A DNA stretch of 64,000 nucleotides from an uncultured Gammaproteobacteria bacterium (GTDB lineage Bacteria; Patescibacteriota; Microgenomatia; JALYQM01). How positions within the stretch are numbered: the first letter of the stretch is position 1; the number at the start of each line of letters is the position of its first letter. Positions 35,911-45,915 of this stretch are shown piece by piece. Under the pieces are notes generated by a model. That model ran no database searches and had not been told where the DNA came from. It worked only from the letters and a program-made list of their open reading frames with translations. The stretch spans positions 1,472,826 through 1,536,825 of the forward strand of contig CAYOFQ010000001.1 in assembly GCA_964403585.1 (NCBI GenBank). Direction: 5' to 3'. Made by a program: the position numbers and the translations under genes.

Positions 35911-38115
35911 ATGACAGACCTCTTACGTGGTAGACCGTCCATACCTGAAGTAACGAGACAAATTGATCCATTGTCGCGCATAACCGATGTTTCAGATATA
36001 CGCGCAGCACTTGCTCGAACGGCCGAGCGCCAATTTGCTCCCCTTACCCGAGAACTGGGTATTCCTCCCGAACAAGTACTTCCTGAACTTATCGCAAAGC
36101 ACCAGGAACAATCTCTCGCTCCATTCAAAGAAAGTTTAGATAGGGCCTTAGGAGTTATGATTCTAAGAGGATCACTACTTCCCAGGCTTCCGGCAGAACA
36201 ACTCGATAACCAGTTCATACGAGAAGAGCGCAGCGAGTCACGGGTGTTCCGTTCATTATTTAGACCTGAAAATCGTGACTTAAGAGCACGAATACGCAAT
36301 CTAATTGACGACACTTTCGAGGATCAATCAGATAGAATTAAGCAACAAATAGCTGCCGAAAATGCACAGCGGAGAACACCCCGTTATGATATTGTCATAA
36401 TTGGAGACGGTCCTATTTCTTCCCAGATCGCCGAAGCTATTGGCTATGCCTATGAAAAGGTGCTCATTATTTCCAAGGAAGACCAGGTGGGAGGTATTTG
36501 GGATAGACACTTATCCGTTAACAACTCGGTTGAGGTAGTCAATCCAAAAGGAGCCTGTTGGCCATTCCAGGAAGGCTCAACAGGACCAATAGGAATTCAA
36601 GGTCTTAGCACTATCGGACTCGAATCTGCCTTAGAAGATAGCGATACTTATACCGTGCTCTGCGATGACGGGCAAACCAAAAAAACCTATATTAAAGGTC
36701 CTCAGTTTAGAGATGTTCTTAAATTCCGCGCGGCTCTACACGGTGTCCCGGTAATGCTGAACACCACAGTAGATGTTAGGCAAATCCAATTAGGTACAGA
36801 CCTTACCTCCTTAATTGAACTTCAGGACTCATTAGGCAATCGTAAACTTCAAATCTCTGCGTCTGCAGTATTTATAGCTACGGGAGGTGGCGAAGAAACC
36901 TGCAAACTCACGGATGAACAATCTCAAAAAGATTATGATCGAGCCGCTTCTTCGGTATTCAATCAAATTAAGGGAATACAACGTCGTAACCGAGCTGCAG
37001 TTACACAACTGAAACAATTAACCAATGTAGAGTCAACCAGCATTGTACGCAACATTGTCGAAAGAGTACGGCTACGCAAAAAGTTAATTCTAGATGAGGT
37101 AGCGAAAGCTCAAGGTTCAACAATCCCTAAAAAACCGGAGGAAGCAATCAGAATAGAGCGAGAAATTGAGAGTATCCTTACCTTAAACCGATCTGATCTC
37201 GACAACACAGGAATACTGAAATTACGCCGTCAGATAGAAGCAATTGTTGATCGAATGGACTTAGAATCCATTACATTACCGTCCATACTTTCTCGTACCA
37301 TGATTGATGCATCAATCAGTTGCTGGAAACGTTACATGAATAGTGATCCCGCCAGATTTCCTTTAAATCAGATCCGACTTGGTACTAAGTCTATTGGACT
37401 CGGCGGCCGCGGAGATACCGTTCTAACAACACTCGCATTACTTTTAGGAACCGATGACGTCCCTGAGGAGGCTAAACCTCAGGGTGTCCCGCAACTTGAT
37501 CCTGAACAAATAGTCATCTGCTCTGAAAAACTTACTGATACACCTGAAGAATTACGACAAGCATTACGACCACGATATCGCGAAGTATTAAGCCGAAGCA
37601 CAATTTTTCGAACCATTAAACGCAATGTACAAAGCTGTGTAAACGCTTTCTTAGGTGAAGATACTCCTGAAGAAACCGGGGTACTGGTACGACTTAATGG
37701 AGAAGCTACTCCACGCTTCTTCAGTTACTTCATACAGTCATTGGGAATAACTCGAGCTGATTATGAACAAGCGCTAAACTTAGAACCAATAGAAGCAACA
37801 ACAACCCAAGACGGAAATTTCCCGGTCGCCTTAGGGGATGAAATTAACCAACAATATCTGGTAGGTACGGCCTCGGGTATTAAACAATTTCCCCGTCGTC
37901 TATCACAAGCACTCAATATACTTAATATCGGAGAGAACACACAAGCGCTCTGGGTCTGGGCAGGAACGCTCAACCCACGTTTCATCTTACCGTGGTTCCG
38001 GGACCAATTAAGTTCTGGTTCAGTCGATGTCGAATACATCAAATTTAAATTAAACAAAGATCGTATCAATCAACAGGATCCCGCCGTCTTACCGCCGCGT
38101 CGGTTAAACAACTAA
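35911..38115 (+). CDS. 734-aa multidomain protein with FAD-binding amine-oxidase-like Rossmann domain
   Basis: YDIVIIGDGPISSQIAEAIG dinucleotide-binding motif. GG-motif KEDQVGGIW. Second motif VFIATGGGE. About 150 N-terminal and 400 C-terminal residues of unknown function. Confidence 0.5.
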   Translation: MTDLLRGRPSIPEVTRQIDPLSRITDVSDIRAALARTAERQFAPLTRELGIPPEQVLPELIAKHQEQSLAPFKESLDRALGVMILRGSLLPRLPAEQLDNQFIREERSESRVFRSLFRPENRDLRARIRNLIDDTFEDQSDRIKQQIAAENAQRRTPRYDIVIIGDGPISSQIAEAIGYAYEKVLIISKEDQVGGIWDRHLSVNNSVEVVNPKGACWPFQEGSTGPIGIQGLSTIGLESALEDSDTYTVLCDDGQTKKTYIKGPQFRDVLKFRAALHGVPVMLNTTVDVRQIQLGTDLTSLIELQDSLGNRKLQISASAVFIATGGGEETCKLTDEQSQKDYDRAASSVFNQIKGIQRRNRAAVTQLKQLTNVESTSIVRNIVERVRLRKKLILDEVAKAQGSTIPKKPEEAIRIEREIESILTLNRSDLDNTGILKLRRQIEAIVDRMDLESITLPSILSRTMIDASISCWKRYMNSDPARFPLNQIRLGTKSIGLGGRGDTVLTTLALLLGTDDVPEEAKPQGVPQLDPEQIVICSEKLTDTPEELRQALRPRYREVLSRSTIFRTIKRNVQSCVNAFLGEDTPEETGVLVRLNGEATPRFFSYFIQSLGITRADYEQALNLEPIEATTTQDGNFPVALGDEINQQYLVGTASGIKQFPRRLSQALNILNIGENTQALWVWAGTLNPRFILPWFRDQLSSGSVDVEYIKFKLNKDRINQQDPAVLPPRRLNN

Positions 38116-38215
38116 AATTAAGGCATTACGAACAAAGCTCCGCTTATTTGAATTTACCCGTAGCTCCAACCTGGTGGTAAATATCTTTAACTTTATCCAT
38201 ATCTTTAGAAAATAC

Positions 38216-38776
38216 CTATAATCCTTCATACTCTTGGACCTTTCCCGCTGCATAAAAATTACTAAAACCTCCACCGCCAGGTTTTATATCAAGAGATCCT
38301 GTCCACAGTCCTCTTTCTCGGCGCTCCAGAAGAACCCGATAATCATCTTCAGAAAAAACAGACAACCCCTCAAGTTGAACTCCAACCACTACTTGAGCTG
38401 GGATACTTGGCAACCCCATCATCTTGGCAACACCACAACGGGTATTCCCATCAGATAAAACAGCAAAAGCACCTCCCCATTCAAGAAGCTCTGGCCTTTG
38501 CTTTTTTAAATCCAATGTATCGTTATGTATAGCTTTTATCATCTCTGCAAGATACTTGCTGCCAAAACGGTCGATTTTATCCCAACTCGGGATATTCTGA
38601 GCAGCCACAATACGTTCTACCGGTACATCAATTTCCTGATGCTGCCCGCCAGTATAGAATGCCGCATGCATCAAATCGGTAGTTTCTACACACGGTAATA
38701 CTCGAATTCTTTCCAGGTGTCGCGGCATTTCTGCCTCGCTAAAACCTTCCGATGATAAATTTCCTGTTTCTGACAT
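38216..38776 (-). CDS. ParB/sulfiredoxin-fold-like protein (variant DGNTR motif)
   Basis: VLSDGNTRCGVAKMMGLPSIPAQVVVG resembles the ParB N-terminal domain core (DGHHR). Immediately downstream of rarA. Confidence 0.35.
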   Translation of the reverse strand: MSETGNLSSEGFSEAEMPRHLERIRVLPCVETTDLMHAAFYTGGQHQEIDVPVERIVAAQNIPSWDKIDRFGSKYLAEMIKAIHNDTLDLKKQRPELLEWGGAFAVLSDGNTRCGVAKMMGLPSIPAQVVVGVQLEGLSVFSEDDYRVLLERRERGLWTGSLDIKPGGGGFSNFYAAGKVQEYEGL

Positions 38777-38798
38777 ATTTTCCTCAAATTTACACTAT

Positions 38799-40004
38799 TT
38801 ACTCTTCCTTGCCTATATAATACTTTTTCCCTTTTAACTTTTCTGGCAACAAATCTTTATCTGTATATGCCTGATATCCCTTCCCATAGCCAACTTCGCG
38901 CATCAGTTTAGTTGGAGCATTTCGTAAATTCATCGGAATCGGCAAATTCCCTGTTTGCTTTACATCGGCCAGTGCCGCGAAATACGCTTCATACGATGCT
39001 CTGTTTTTCGGGGCGCTCGCCAGATACGTTACTCCATGCGCAAGATTTATCTGACATTCCGGATAACCAATCGTCTCACAAGCCTGAAAAACTTCATTTG
39101 CCACAACCAGCGCCGTTGGCTGGGCCATCCCAATATCTTCACTCGTAAAAATTACCATCCGGCGGGCAATAAACAACGCATCCTCACCGGCTTCAACCAT
39201 CCGGGCCAGATAATACAAAGCCGCATCAACATTTGAAGCCCGCATCGATTTAATAAACGCCGAAATAGTATTGTAATGCTCTTCTCCACCCTTATCGTAC
39301 CCAAGACTTCTCCGTTGCATTGACTCTTCAACTAATTCCTTAGTCAGGCGCACTGCTTCACCACCTGTTTCAGCAGTCACCATTACCGCTACTTCCAGAG
39401 TATTTAACAATCGTCGGGCGTCTCCATTCGAACCTTCAATTAAAAAATCAACGGCATCCTCATCTGCCGTCACGTTATACTCCGCCAGCCCGTTAACCGT
39501 GTCAGTCAATGCCCGTTGCACAACCTCTTTCAACTCTTCTTCAGATAACTGTTGCAGAACAAACACCCGTGCCCGGGATAATAAGGGGCCAATTACTTCA
39601 AAAGAAGGATTCTCCGTCGTCGCGCCAATTAGAATTATTTTTCCGCTCTCCACGAGAGGTAAAAAAGCATCCTGCTGGGCTTTATTAAATCGGTGGATTT
39701 CATCCACAAACACCACCGGAGTAAACAACTGCGAACGACTGCCATAATCACCTATAATTTTCTTAATCTCGGCAATTCTCGTTGTCACGGCACTAAATTC
39801 CAGAAAATCACTCTCGGTTTCTTTCGCTAACAACCGGGCCAATGTCGTTTTCCCTACTCCCGGCGGCCCCCATAAAATCATTGAAAAAAGCTTTTTCTGA
39901 TCAAGCGCCCGGCGCAACAGCTTACCTTCACCAAGCAAGTGTTTCTGACCAATATACTCTGCTATTTTTTGTGGGCGTAAACGGTCGGCCAGTGGAATCA
40001 TCAC
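38799..40004 (-). CDS. rarA: replication-associated recombination protein A (AAA+ ATPase)
   Basis: GPPGVGKTTLARLLA Walker A. VVFVDEIHRFNKAQQD. MgsA C-terminal domain. Confidence 0.85.
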   Translation of the reverse strand: MMIPLADRLRPQKIAEYIGQKHLLGEGKLLRRALDQKKLFSMILWGPPGVGKTTLARLLAKETESDFLEFSAVTTRIAEIKKIIGDYGSRSQLFTPVVFVDEIHRFNKAQQDAFLPLVESGKIILIGATTENPSFEVIGPLLSRARVFVLQQLSEEELKEVVQRALTDTVNGLAEYNVTADEDAVDFLIEGSNGDARRLLNTLEVAVMVTAETGGEAVRLTKELVEESMQRRSLGYDKGGEEHYNTISAFIKSMRASNVDAALYYLARMVEAGEDALFIARRMVIFTSEDIGMAQPTALVVANEVFQACETIGYPECQINLAHGVTYLASAPKNRASYEAYFAALADVKQTGNLPIPMNLRNAPTKLMREVGYGKGYQAYTDKDLLPEKLKGKKYYIGKEE

Positions 40005-40046
40005 TTAATTTTACCCAAATAAAAACCAAACATCAAGCACAACCGG

Positions 40047-40652
40047 CTATTTAGTATTATTAATATACAAAACGTACGGGAGTATGCTCGCAAGATTTAA
40101 TCCACCAATAAGCAAAAATAAAGTCATAAAACCAAATTGATGCGCAACCAGACCACCGGCAAAAGCTGCCAACGCCATAGTGAAAAAAACCAGTGCATCC
40201 TGTAAACCCCATTCAAATGTTTCTTTTTTAGGGTCCAAATGTGTCGCAAATAACGTGTTCTTCGCTGGAGAGGCAATACCTATTCCTAATCCGGCCACAG
40301 CGTAGAAAAGGTACGCCATTGGAACCGTTGTACTAAACGCAAATCCAAAATAGGCAATGCTAATAATAATAATACCGGTAATAGTGTAAACAAATTTCCG
40401 CAGGTCACCGGAATTCACCAGCAACCTTCCACTAATTAGTTCGACAATTACCCGGGTTATCAAATATATACTATACGCGAAGGCCGCAGTTTCTACACCG
40501 GCTCCAGGCAAAGTAACTGCAAACAGTGCAAAAATCGGCGAAAAAGCACTCCAGGCAGACCATAACATCATTTCCGAAAGCATAAATACTTTAAGAATAG
40601 GATTGATCTGCAGAGGAGTTTGTCCTTTACCAAAAAAGATCTCTTTAATCAT
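40047..40652 (-). CDS. 6-TM membrane protein, MFS-like half
   Basis: Hydrophobic profile. GRLLVNSGDLRKF resembles MFS motif A. Confidence 0.4.
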   Translation of the reverse strand: MIKEIFFGKGQTPLQINPILKVFMLSEMMLWSAWSAFSPIFALFAVTLPGAGVETAAFAYSIYLITRVIVELISGRLLVNSGDLRKFVYTITGIIIISIAYFGFAFSTTVPMAYLFYAVAGLGIGIASPAKNTLFATHLDPKKETFEWGLQDALVFFTMALAAFAGGLVAHQFGFMTLFLLIGGLNLASILPYVLYINNTK

Positions 40653-40689
40653 AGACCTAGTGTAGCAAAAAACGCTGCGATAGCACACC

Positions 40690-41304
40690 TTAATATCCTA
40701 AAACTTCCTTCACCAGAATTACGGTCACACGATCCTTATTCACTTCTTTATTCACGATAACCATCTTACTGACATAGCTACCTGCTACTCCATACGCTTT
40801 ACGCGCCCGCTCGGATTCCAGTTCCAGCGTGTGTTCATAAATTCGTTTAAAAGCCGCATCGAGATCGGATACGAGTTTCTGTGTACCCACAACCCACACC
40901 ACATGATCAGCACCATACACATGAGCAGCCAGCTGGCTTCCGGTATTTGACGCAATCACAACCTGCCCCTTCTCGGTAATAGCGTGAACACTTCCAATAC
41001 TCCACTCCGGGGCATTGGCATGCTGCTTCCGCTCCCGTGGCGACCATTTACTTTCCTCACTATACAGATGTGGCCGAACCGGATCAAACCGGTCAGTCTC
41101 ATTAATGTCATGTGTAATTCCCAGGGTATCCAGTGTCACCGAAGTCATCGACATCACTTCCGCTCCTTCGGGGATAACATCAAATACAGCCTTTTTGGCC
41201 TCTTCACCATTCTCAGCGACAATGACTCTCATCCCGTTAGCCTCAAGCGCAGCCGCTACCGTTTGTACCTGCTCCTCACTGGCTAAAACATTCCAATCAG
41301 TCAT
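40690..41304 (-). CDS. LUD-domain (LutC-like, DUF162) protein
   Basis: ~200-aa protein whose length and pattern are consistent with the LUD domain. Confidence 0.4.
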   Translation of the reverse strand: MTDWNVLASEEQVQTVAAALEANGMRVIVAENGEEAKKAVFDVIPEGAEVMSMTSVTLDTLGITHDINETDRFDPVRPHLYSEESKWSPRERKQHANAPEWSIGSVHAITEKGQVVIASNTGSQLAAHVYGADHVVWVVGTQKLVSDLDAAFKRIYEHTLELESERARKAYGVAGSYVSKMVIVNKEVNKDRVTVILVKEVLGY

Positions 41305-41436
41305 AAAACCTCCTTAAAAAGCATAAATAAAGGCTTCGCATCAGCGAAACCTGAAGTTAGTATAACTCAATACTATACAAAGTAAAGTAGTTACAAATAG
41401 TATAGTAAATATCTAATAATATGATATAATAACTCC

Positions 41437-41790
41437 ATGGAACATATTGCTACGGTCAATCGAGACAAAAAGCCGCGCCAAAAGTTACAACTCGACGAAA
41501 AGACGTGTGGCGTAACAAAAACAATTAAAATTATCGGGAGTAAATGGACCATCTTAATTTTATATAATCTTCTCGACGGCCACAAACGCTTTGGTGAACT
41601 TCAGCGCATACTAACAGGAATCAGCCCGCGCACACTATCGCTTCGCTTAACTGAACTGGAACAGGATGGATTAATCTCTAAAAAAGTCTTTGCCGAAGTT
41701 CCCCCACATGTTGAATATACGTTGACACAAAAAGGGCAAACGCTTAACGACATCATCTGCAAAATGCGTGAATGGGGCGAAAAGTCCTAA
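41437..41790 (+). CDS. HxlR family transcriptional regulator
   Basis: CGVTKTIKIIGSKWTILILYNL...FGELQR matches the HxlR winged-helix signature. Confidence 0.8.
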   Translation: MEHIATVNRDKKPRQKLQLDEKTCGVTKTIKIIGSKWTILILYNLLDGHKRFGELQRILTGISPRTLSLRLTELEQDGLISKKVFAEVPPHVEYTLTQKGQTLNDIICKMREWGEKS

Positions 41791-42248
41791 GCAGGATTTT
41801 TTAAATTAAGTTCAACAATTAAATCATCAACACATTTCTTAATCAAACCATAGGTTTCCTGGCTAATACGCACCGCTTCCACCGTTTCCTCAACTTCCAG
41901 CGTCTGCAGTTCATCCAAATCAGGAATATTCCATACCAAATATTTTCGCTCGGCAAAACCACACTGCTCAACAGCATACGTATGGTGCATCGGTTCCATA
42001 AATACCGTTACATCTACGCCGTTGAAAGAATCCGCCGTCGTTTGAGTCCACATTGGTGACATGAACGGGATTAAATGACAGGCTTCCATTAAGCGCTGGG
42101 CATACCAGCAAATAGGTCCACAGGTATTATCTACCGCTGCCGTCCCGCTTGAAGTTACACTTATCCCCGGGAAACTGTGCGAATTCAGATATGCTTCGGC
42201 CAGCCGACTGCGGTAAACATTCCCGGTACAAACAAAATGTATATGCAT
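41787..42248 (-). CDS. low-molecular-weight phosphatase family protein (ArsC-type arsenate reductase / LMW-PTP)
   Basis: HFVCTGNVYRS CX5R P-loop. Additional Cys residues at CGPICWY. Confidence 0.65.
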   Translation of the reverse strand: MHIHFVCTGNVYRSRLAEAYLNSHSFPGISVTSSGTAAVDNTCGPICWYAQRLMEACHLIPFMSPMWTQTTADSFNGVDVTVFMEPMHHTYAVEQCGFAERKYLVWNIPDLDELQTLEVEETVEAVRISQETYGLIKKCVDDLIVELNLKNPA

Positions 42249-42251
42249 AGA

Positions 42252-42434
42252 TTATTTCCGTTTCAATAGCTGCTTGATACTCTCCGGCATCTCACGACAG
42301 CCGCAGACTTTTGAATGTTCACGGTGCCACGCCACTCGTTGGTCCAGAGTAGCATTTTTTGGCATACGGTTTTTCAGATGCCATTCACGATTCAACATAC
42401 ATCTCCTTATCCAAAATAACTCATACTGACTCAA
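42252..42434 (-). CDS. small basic protein (60 aa), unknown
   Basis: ORF tightly following the ArsC-like gene. Confidence 0.3.
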   Translation of the reverse strand: MSQYELFWIRRCMLNREWHLKNRMPKNATLDQRVAWHREHSKVCGCREMPESIKQLLKRK

Positions 42435-42470
42435 CTTTTTAAGACTATATTATTACTCTTTAATAATAGA

Positions 42471-42719
42471 TTATGTTCTTTCAACAGAAATTGTACATTC
42501 GGTAATTAATGCAGCGACCGCTCCAACTGCCGCCAATACCGGTGCAATAACCGCACCAACCACACCCAGGGTCAAGGGAAACGTCATGATAACTTTATCG
42601 TCCTTATCTTTAATCGTTATTTTACGTGCGTTACCTTCGGCAATAATCTCCTTAACTTTTTTTAAGAGATTATCTCCACTTACTTTAAATTCTTCTGTTT
42701 TCTTGGTCTCTTCAGACAT
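42471..42719 (-). CDS. DUF4342 domain protein
   Basis: FKVSGDNLLKKVKEIIAEGNARKITIKDKDDKV...GVVGAVIAPVLAAVGAVAALITECTISVER matches the DUF4342 pattern. The internal Met is preferred. Confidence 0.6.
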   Translation of the reverse strand: MSEETKKTEEFKVSGDNLLKKVKEIIAEGNARKITIKDKDDKVIMTFPLTLGVVGAVIAPVLAAVGAVAALITECTISVERT

Positions 42720-42760
42720 AAAATCCTCCTTAAAGATTACATCTATAGTATAATACACCT

Positions 42761-43411
42761 ATGCAAAAAGTTATGTGTGTTTTCGCACACCCCGATGACG
42801 AAGCCTTTGGCCCGGGCGGCACCATTGCACTGTGGGCTTCTCAGGAAGCAGAAATCCATTTACTCTGCGCCACCAAAGGTGAAGCCGGTACCGATGATGA
42901 GGATCAACTTACAGCCGCCATCCGTGAGAAAGAATTAGCAGAATCGGCTAAAATTCTTGGTATCAAAGAGTTGGACTATTTAAATTATGTTGACGGCGAG
43001 ATCGGCAACAAAAAAATGATCGAGATTGAGGAAAAAGTAATTCAAAAAATTAACCGCTTTCAACCTGACACTCTCATCACCTTTAACTTGAATGGCGTTT
43101 CTGGACACCTGGATCATATAGCCATTGCTTCGGCAACCACCCAGGCCTTCAAAAAAACCGCCTCACCACAAAAGCTATACTACTTTTCAATTCCGAAAGA
43201 CATGTCCGAAGAAGAACGGGATTATTTTGTTTATTCTCCTCCCGGAATCCTCCGCGAACAGGCCGACGAAATTGTTGACGTGACATCAGTATGGGATACC
43301 AAAGTAAAAGCCATGTATTGCCATCAAAGCCAGATTAAAGATGTCCGGTGGATTCTTGGTTTGGAAGAAAAACGGGGCAAAGAAGAACTATTTTTAGTCA
43401 GAAAGAAGTAA
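42761..43411 (+). CDS. PIG-L/LmbE family deacetylase
   Basis: VFAHPDDEAFGPGGT motif. Confidence 0.75.
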   Translation: MQKVMCVFAHPDDEAFGPGGTIALWASQEAEIHLLCATKGEAGTDDEDQLTAAIREKELAESAKILGIKELDYLNYVDGEIGNKKMIEIEEKVIQKINRFQPDTLITFNLNGVSGHLDHIAIASATTQAFKKTASPQKLYYFSIPKDMSEEERDYFVYSPPGILREQADEIVDVTSVWDTKVKAMYCHQSQIKDVRWILGLEEKRGKEELFLVRKK

Positions 43412-44113
43412 CGCTCTAACCTCATCTTCCCGTAGCTCTCGCCAGGCACCTTCCTTCAGGGAACCTAACTGAACAGTACCAATAGCCACCCGAACCAAAC
43501 GCTCAACATGCAAATGCATTTCTGCACACATTCTCCTGATTTGCCGTTTCCTTCCCTCATGCAAAACCAGCTCCAGCCAGGTACCTTTCCCTTCTTTTTT
43601 CAAAACACGAACAGCCGCTGCCTTTGCTAATCCATCCTCCAAAACAATACCTGTCTGAAAATTCTCAAGTACTGCATCCGTTACTTTTCCCACCACCAGC
43701 ACCTGATACGTTTTGGCAACATGATACCGTGGATGAGTTAACTTCAAAGAAAGACTACCATCATTGGTTAAAAGCAATAACCCTTCCGAATCTTTATCCA
43801 ACCTGCCCACCGGATACACCCGTTCTTTACCTGGATACAAAGCAATAACCGGCTTTTCTGCATGCGGATCTTCAACGGTAGATACATACCCCCGGGGTTT
43901 GTTTACCGCAATATACACCAGCTTCTTCGGCACGGATTTAATATGTTTACCGTTTACGGTTATAATATCTTTGTCGGTATCAACTCGCATGCCAAGTACC
44001 GAAGGAACTTCTCCGTTTACTCGTACCTTACCCGCCGCAATCAATTCATCAGCACCACGGCGTGAGGCAATACCGCAGTCAGCTAAAAATTTATTAATTC
44101 GAACTAAACTCAT
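43394..44113 (-). CDS. pseudouridine synthase (RsuA/RluB family with S4 domain)
   Basis: N-terminal S4-like RINKFLADCGIASRR. Catalytic GRLDKDSEGLLLLTNDG. Confidence 0.8.
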   Translation of the reverse strand: MSLVRINKFLADCGIASRRGADELIAAGKVRVNGEVPSVLGMRVDTDKDIITVNGKHIKSVPKKLVYIAVNKPRGYVSTVEDPHAEKPVIALYPGKERVYPVGRLDKDSEGLLLLTNDGSLSLKLTHPRYHVAKTYQVLVVGKVTDAVLENFQTGIVLEDGLAKAAAVRVLKKEGKGTWLELVLHEGRKRQIRRMCAEMHLHVERLVRVAIGTVQLGSLKEGAWRELREDEVRALLLSD

Positions 44114-45627
44114 AAAGCATTTTCGATGGGAAGTCGCACGATAAATGTAGTTCCTTTTCCCTCAGTACTCTCTACTGAAATTGTACCATTATGACGCTTC
44201 ACAATTTCTGCGGAAATATATAGACCCAAACCCAACCCCGGATAACTCTCCCGCGCTACGCCATCCACCCGGTAAAATCGCTCAAAAACCCGCTTGATCC
44301 GGTCTTCCGGGATACCGATACCAAAATCCTGAATCCGCAGTTCCACCATTCCCTCCACTACTAAGCTGGAAACAATGACCCGTTTTGAATGAGGAGAATA
44401 TTTCGCCGCATTAGTTAATAAGTTGGTAATAACCTGCCCTATCCGATACGTATCTAGTAAAATAGGAATCGACGCATTTCCTTTTTTTATTATTTCATAA
44501 TCCGGCACCGAAGCGCTAACACTCTCTATTGTGGATTGCACCAGCTCATCAAAAATAACCGTTTCTACAGCAAGCTCAAGCCGACCTGATTCAATACGGG
44601 ACACATCAAGAAGTAAGTCCACTAGACGCGTAATCCGGTCCAGTTGTTCAGCAATTTTTACGGTATAACTAATCCCCCGGGCATCTTTCTTACGAATTAA
44701 ATAGCGTTCCAGTAGCTGGGAAAAAGCCCGCAAACTGGTTAATGGGGTTCGCAATTCATGACTGGCCACGCTGACAAATTCATCTTTACGTTTATCAAGT
44801 AAGATTCGTTCGGTAACATCACGTTGTGTACCCCACGCCCTTTTTAGAAAACCCTCTTCGATAATTCCCACCAGATTATTCTCAAAATACACGTCTTTAC
44901 CATGCGGCGTAACCTCATGACTCACAGCAGCAGACAAACGATATCCTGACTCTATAAATGCGCGAAGATACGCTACATTACGGGGGTCATCCCGCACTAA
45001 TAAATCAGAAATTCGTGCCCCTTTAAGTTCTTCGGCATTCCCCAAACCATACATTCGGGCAAAGGCGTCATTGCATTCGGCAAGATACACATCCCGGTAA
45101 ATTCGATCAAGTTGATCATCAACCGGCAAAGTAATATCCATCGGCTCCGCAGCTTCTACACACCAGATTCCCTCGGTACTATTGGCAATAAACGCACGAT
45201 ACCGTTGTTCACTCTTTCGCAATTCCTGTACAATCTCAACATTTCGCTGATACGTTGCCTCAGCAGCTTCGGCCAGTTTTTTCTGCTTGGTAACATCTCT
45301 GAAATATACGGCCAAACCATCCTTATAAGGATACAAGTGTAATTCAACCCAACGGTTCAGCGCATACGAATACTCAGTAAAGCTAACAGCTTTTCTTGTT
45401 TTTGCTGCCTTTAAATATTGTTTATATATTGGAGTTCCAACGGTTTGCGGATATACATCCCAAATTACTTTACCGAGCAGTTCATCAGAGGAGATATTTA
45501 AGAGTTTTTCCGCAGCGGCATTAACGTACACATACCGCCATGAAGAGTCTAAAGCAATAAAGGCTTCAGAAATATTTTCGAGTACTTCAACAGCATGCAG
45601 AGGTAAATTCCTCGCTGACTGTTTCAT
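44110..45627 (-). CDS. PAS-domain sensor histidine kinase (no adjacent response regulator)
   Basis: H-box HELRTPLTSL. HATPase_c motifs NLLTNAAKYS and GLGLGLYIS. Two PAS-like regions. Confidence 0.8.
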   Translation of the reverse strand: MKQSARNLPLHAVEVLENISEAFIALDSSWRYVYVNAAAEKLLNISSDELLGKVIWDVYPQTVGTPIYKQYLKAAKTRKAVSFTEYSYALNRWVELHLYPYKDGLAVYFRDVTKQKKLAEAAEATYQRNVEIVQELRKSEQRYRAFIANSTEGIWCVEAAEPMDITLPVDDQLDRIYRDVYLAECNDAFARMYGLGNAEELKGARISDLLVRDDPRNVAYLRAFIESGYRLSAAVSHEVTPHGKDVYFENNLVGIIEEGFLKRAWGTQRDVTERILLDKRKDEFVSVASHELRTPLTSLRAFSQLLERYLIRKKDARGISYTVKIAEQLDRITRLVDLLLDVSRIESGRLELAVETVIFDELVQSTIESVSASVPDYEIIKKGNASIPILLDTYRIGQVITNLLTNAAKYSPHSKRVIVSSLVVEGMVELRIQDFGIGIPEDRIKRVFERFYRVDGVARESYPGLGLGLYISAEIVKRHNGTISVESTEGKGTTFIVRLPIENAL

Positions 45628-45915
45628 AACTCTATTGTACTACCACAAATAGCAAGAAGAAATATAAAGATTTTTATAACTAAAGAAGTAAATTACATGG
45701 GGACAGATAGCAACAGAGTGTTAGGTTTTCAAAAAGATCAGAAACAAAACGCACAAGGCGCTGCTCTAAGTCCTCTCGACTCCTTCTCACTTGTTACAAG
45801 TTCCACACATGTTCCAATCGAAGGCAGGACCCGACGCGTATTGCGCCAGTGAGCCATCGGGCCCTGCCTTATCAAATCACCAGGTGCGCGCGGTCGGCGG
45901 CGAGGTCAGGATACG

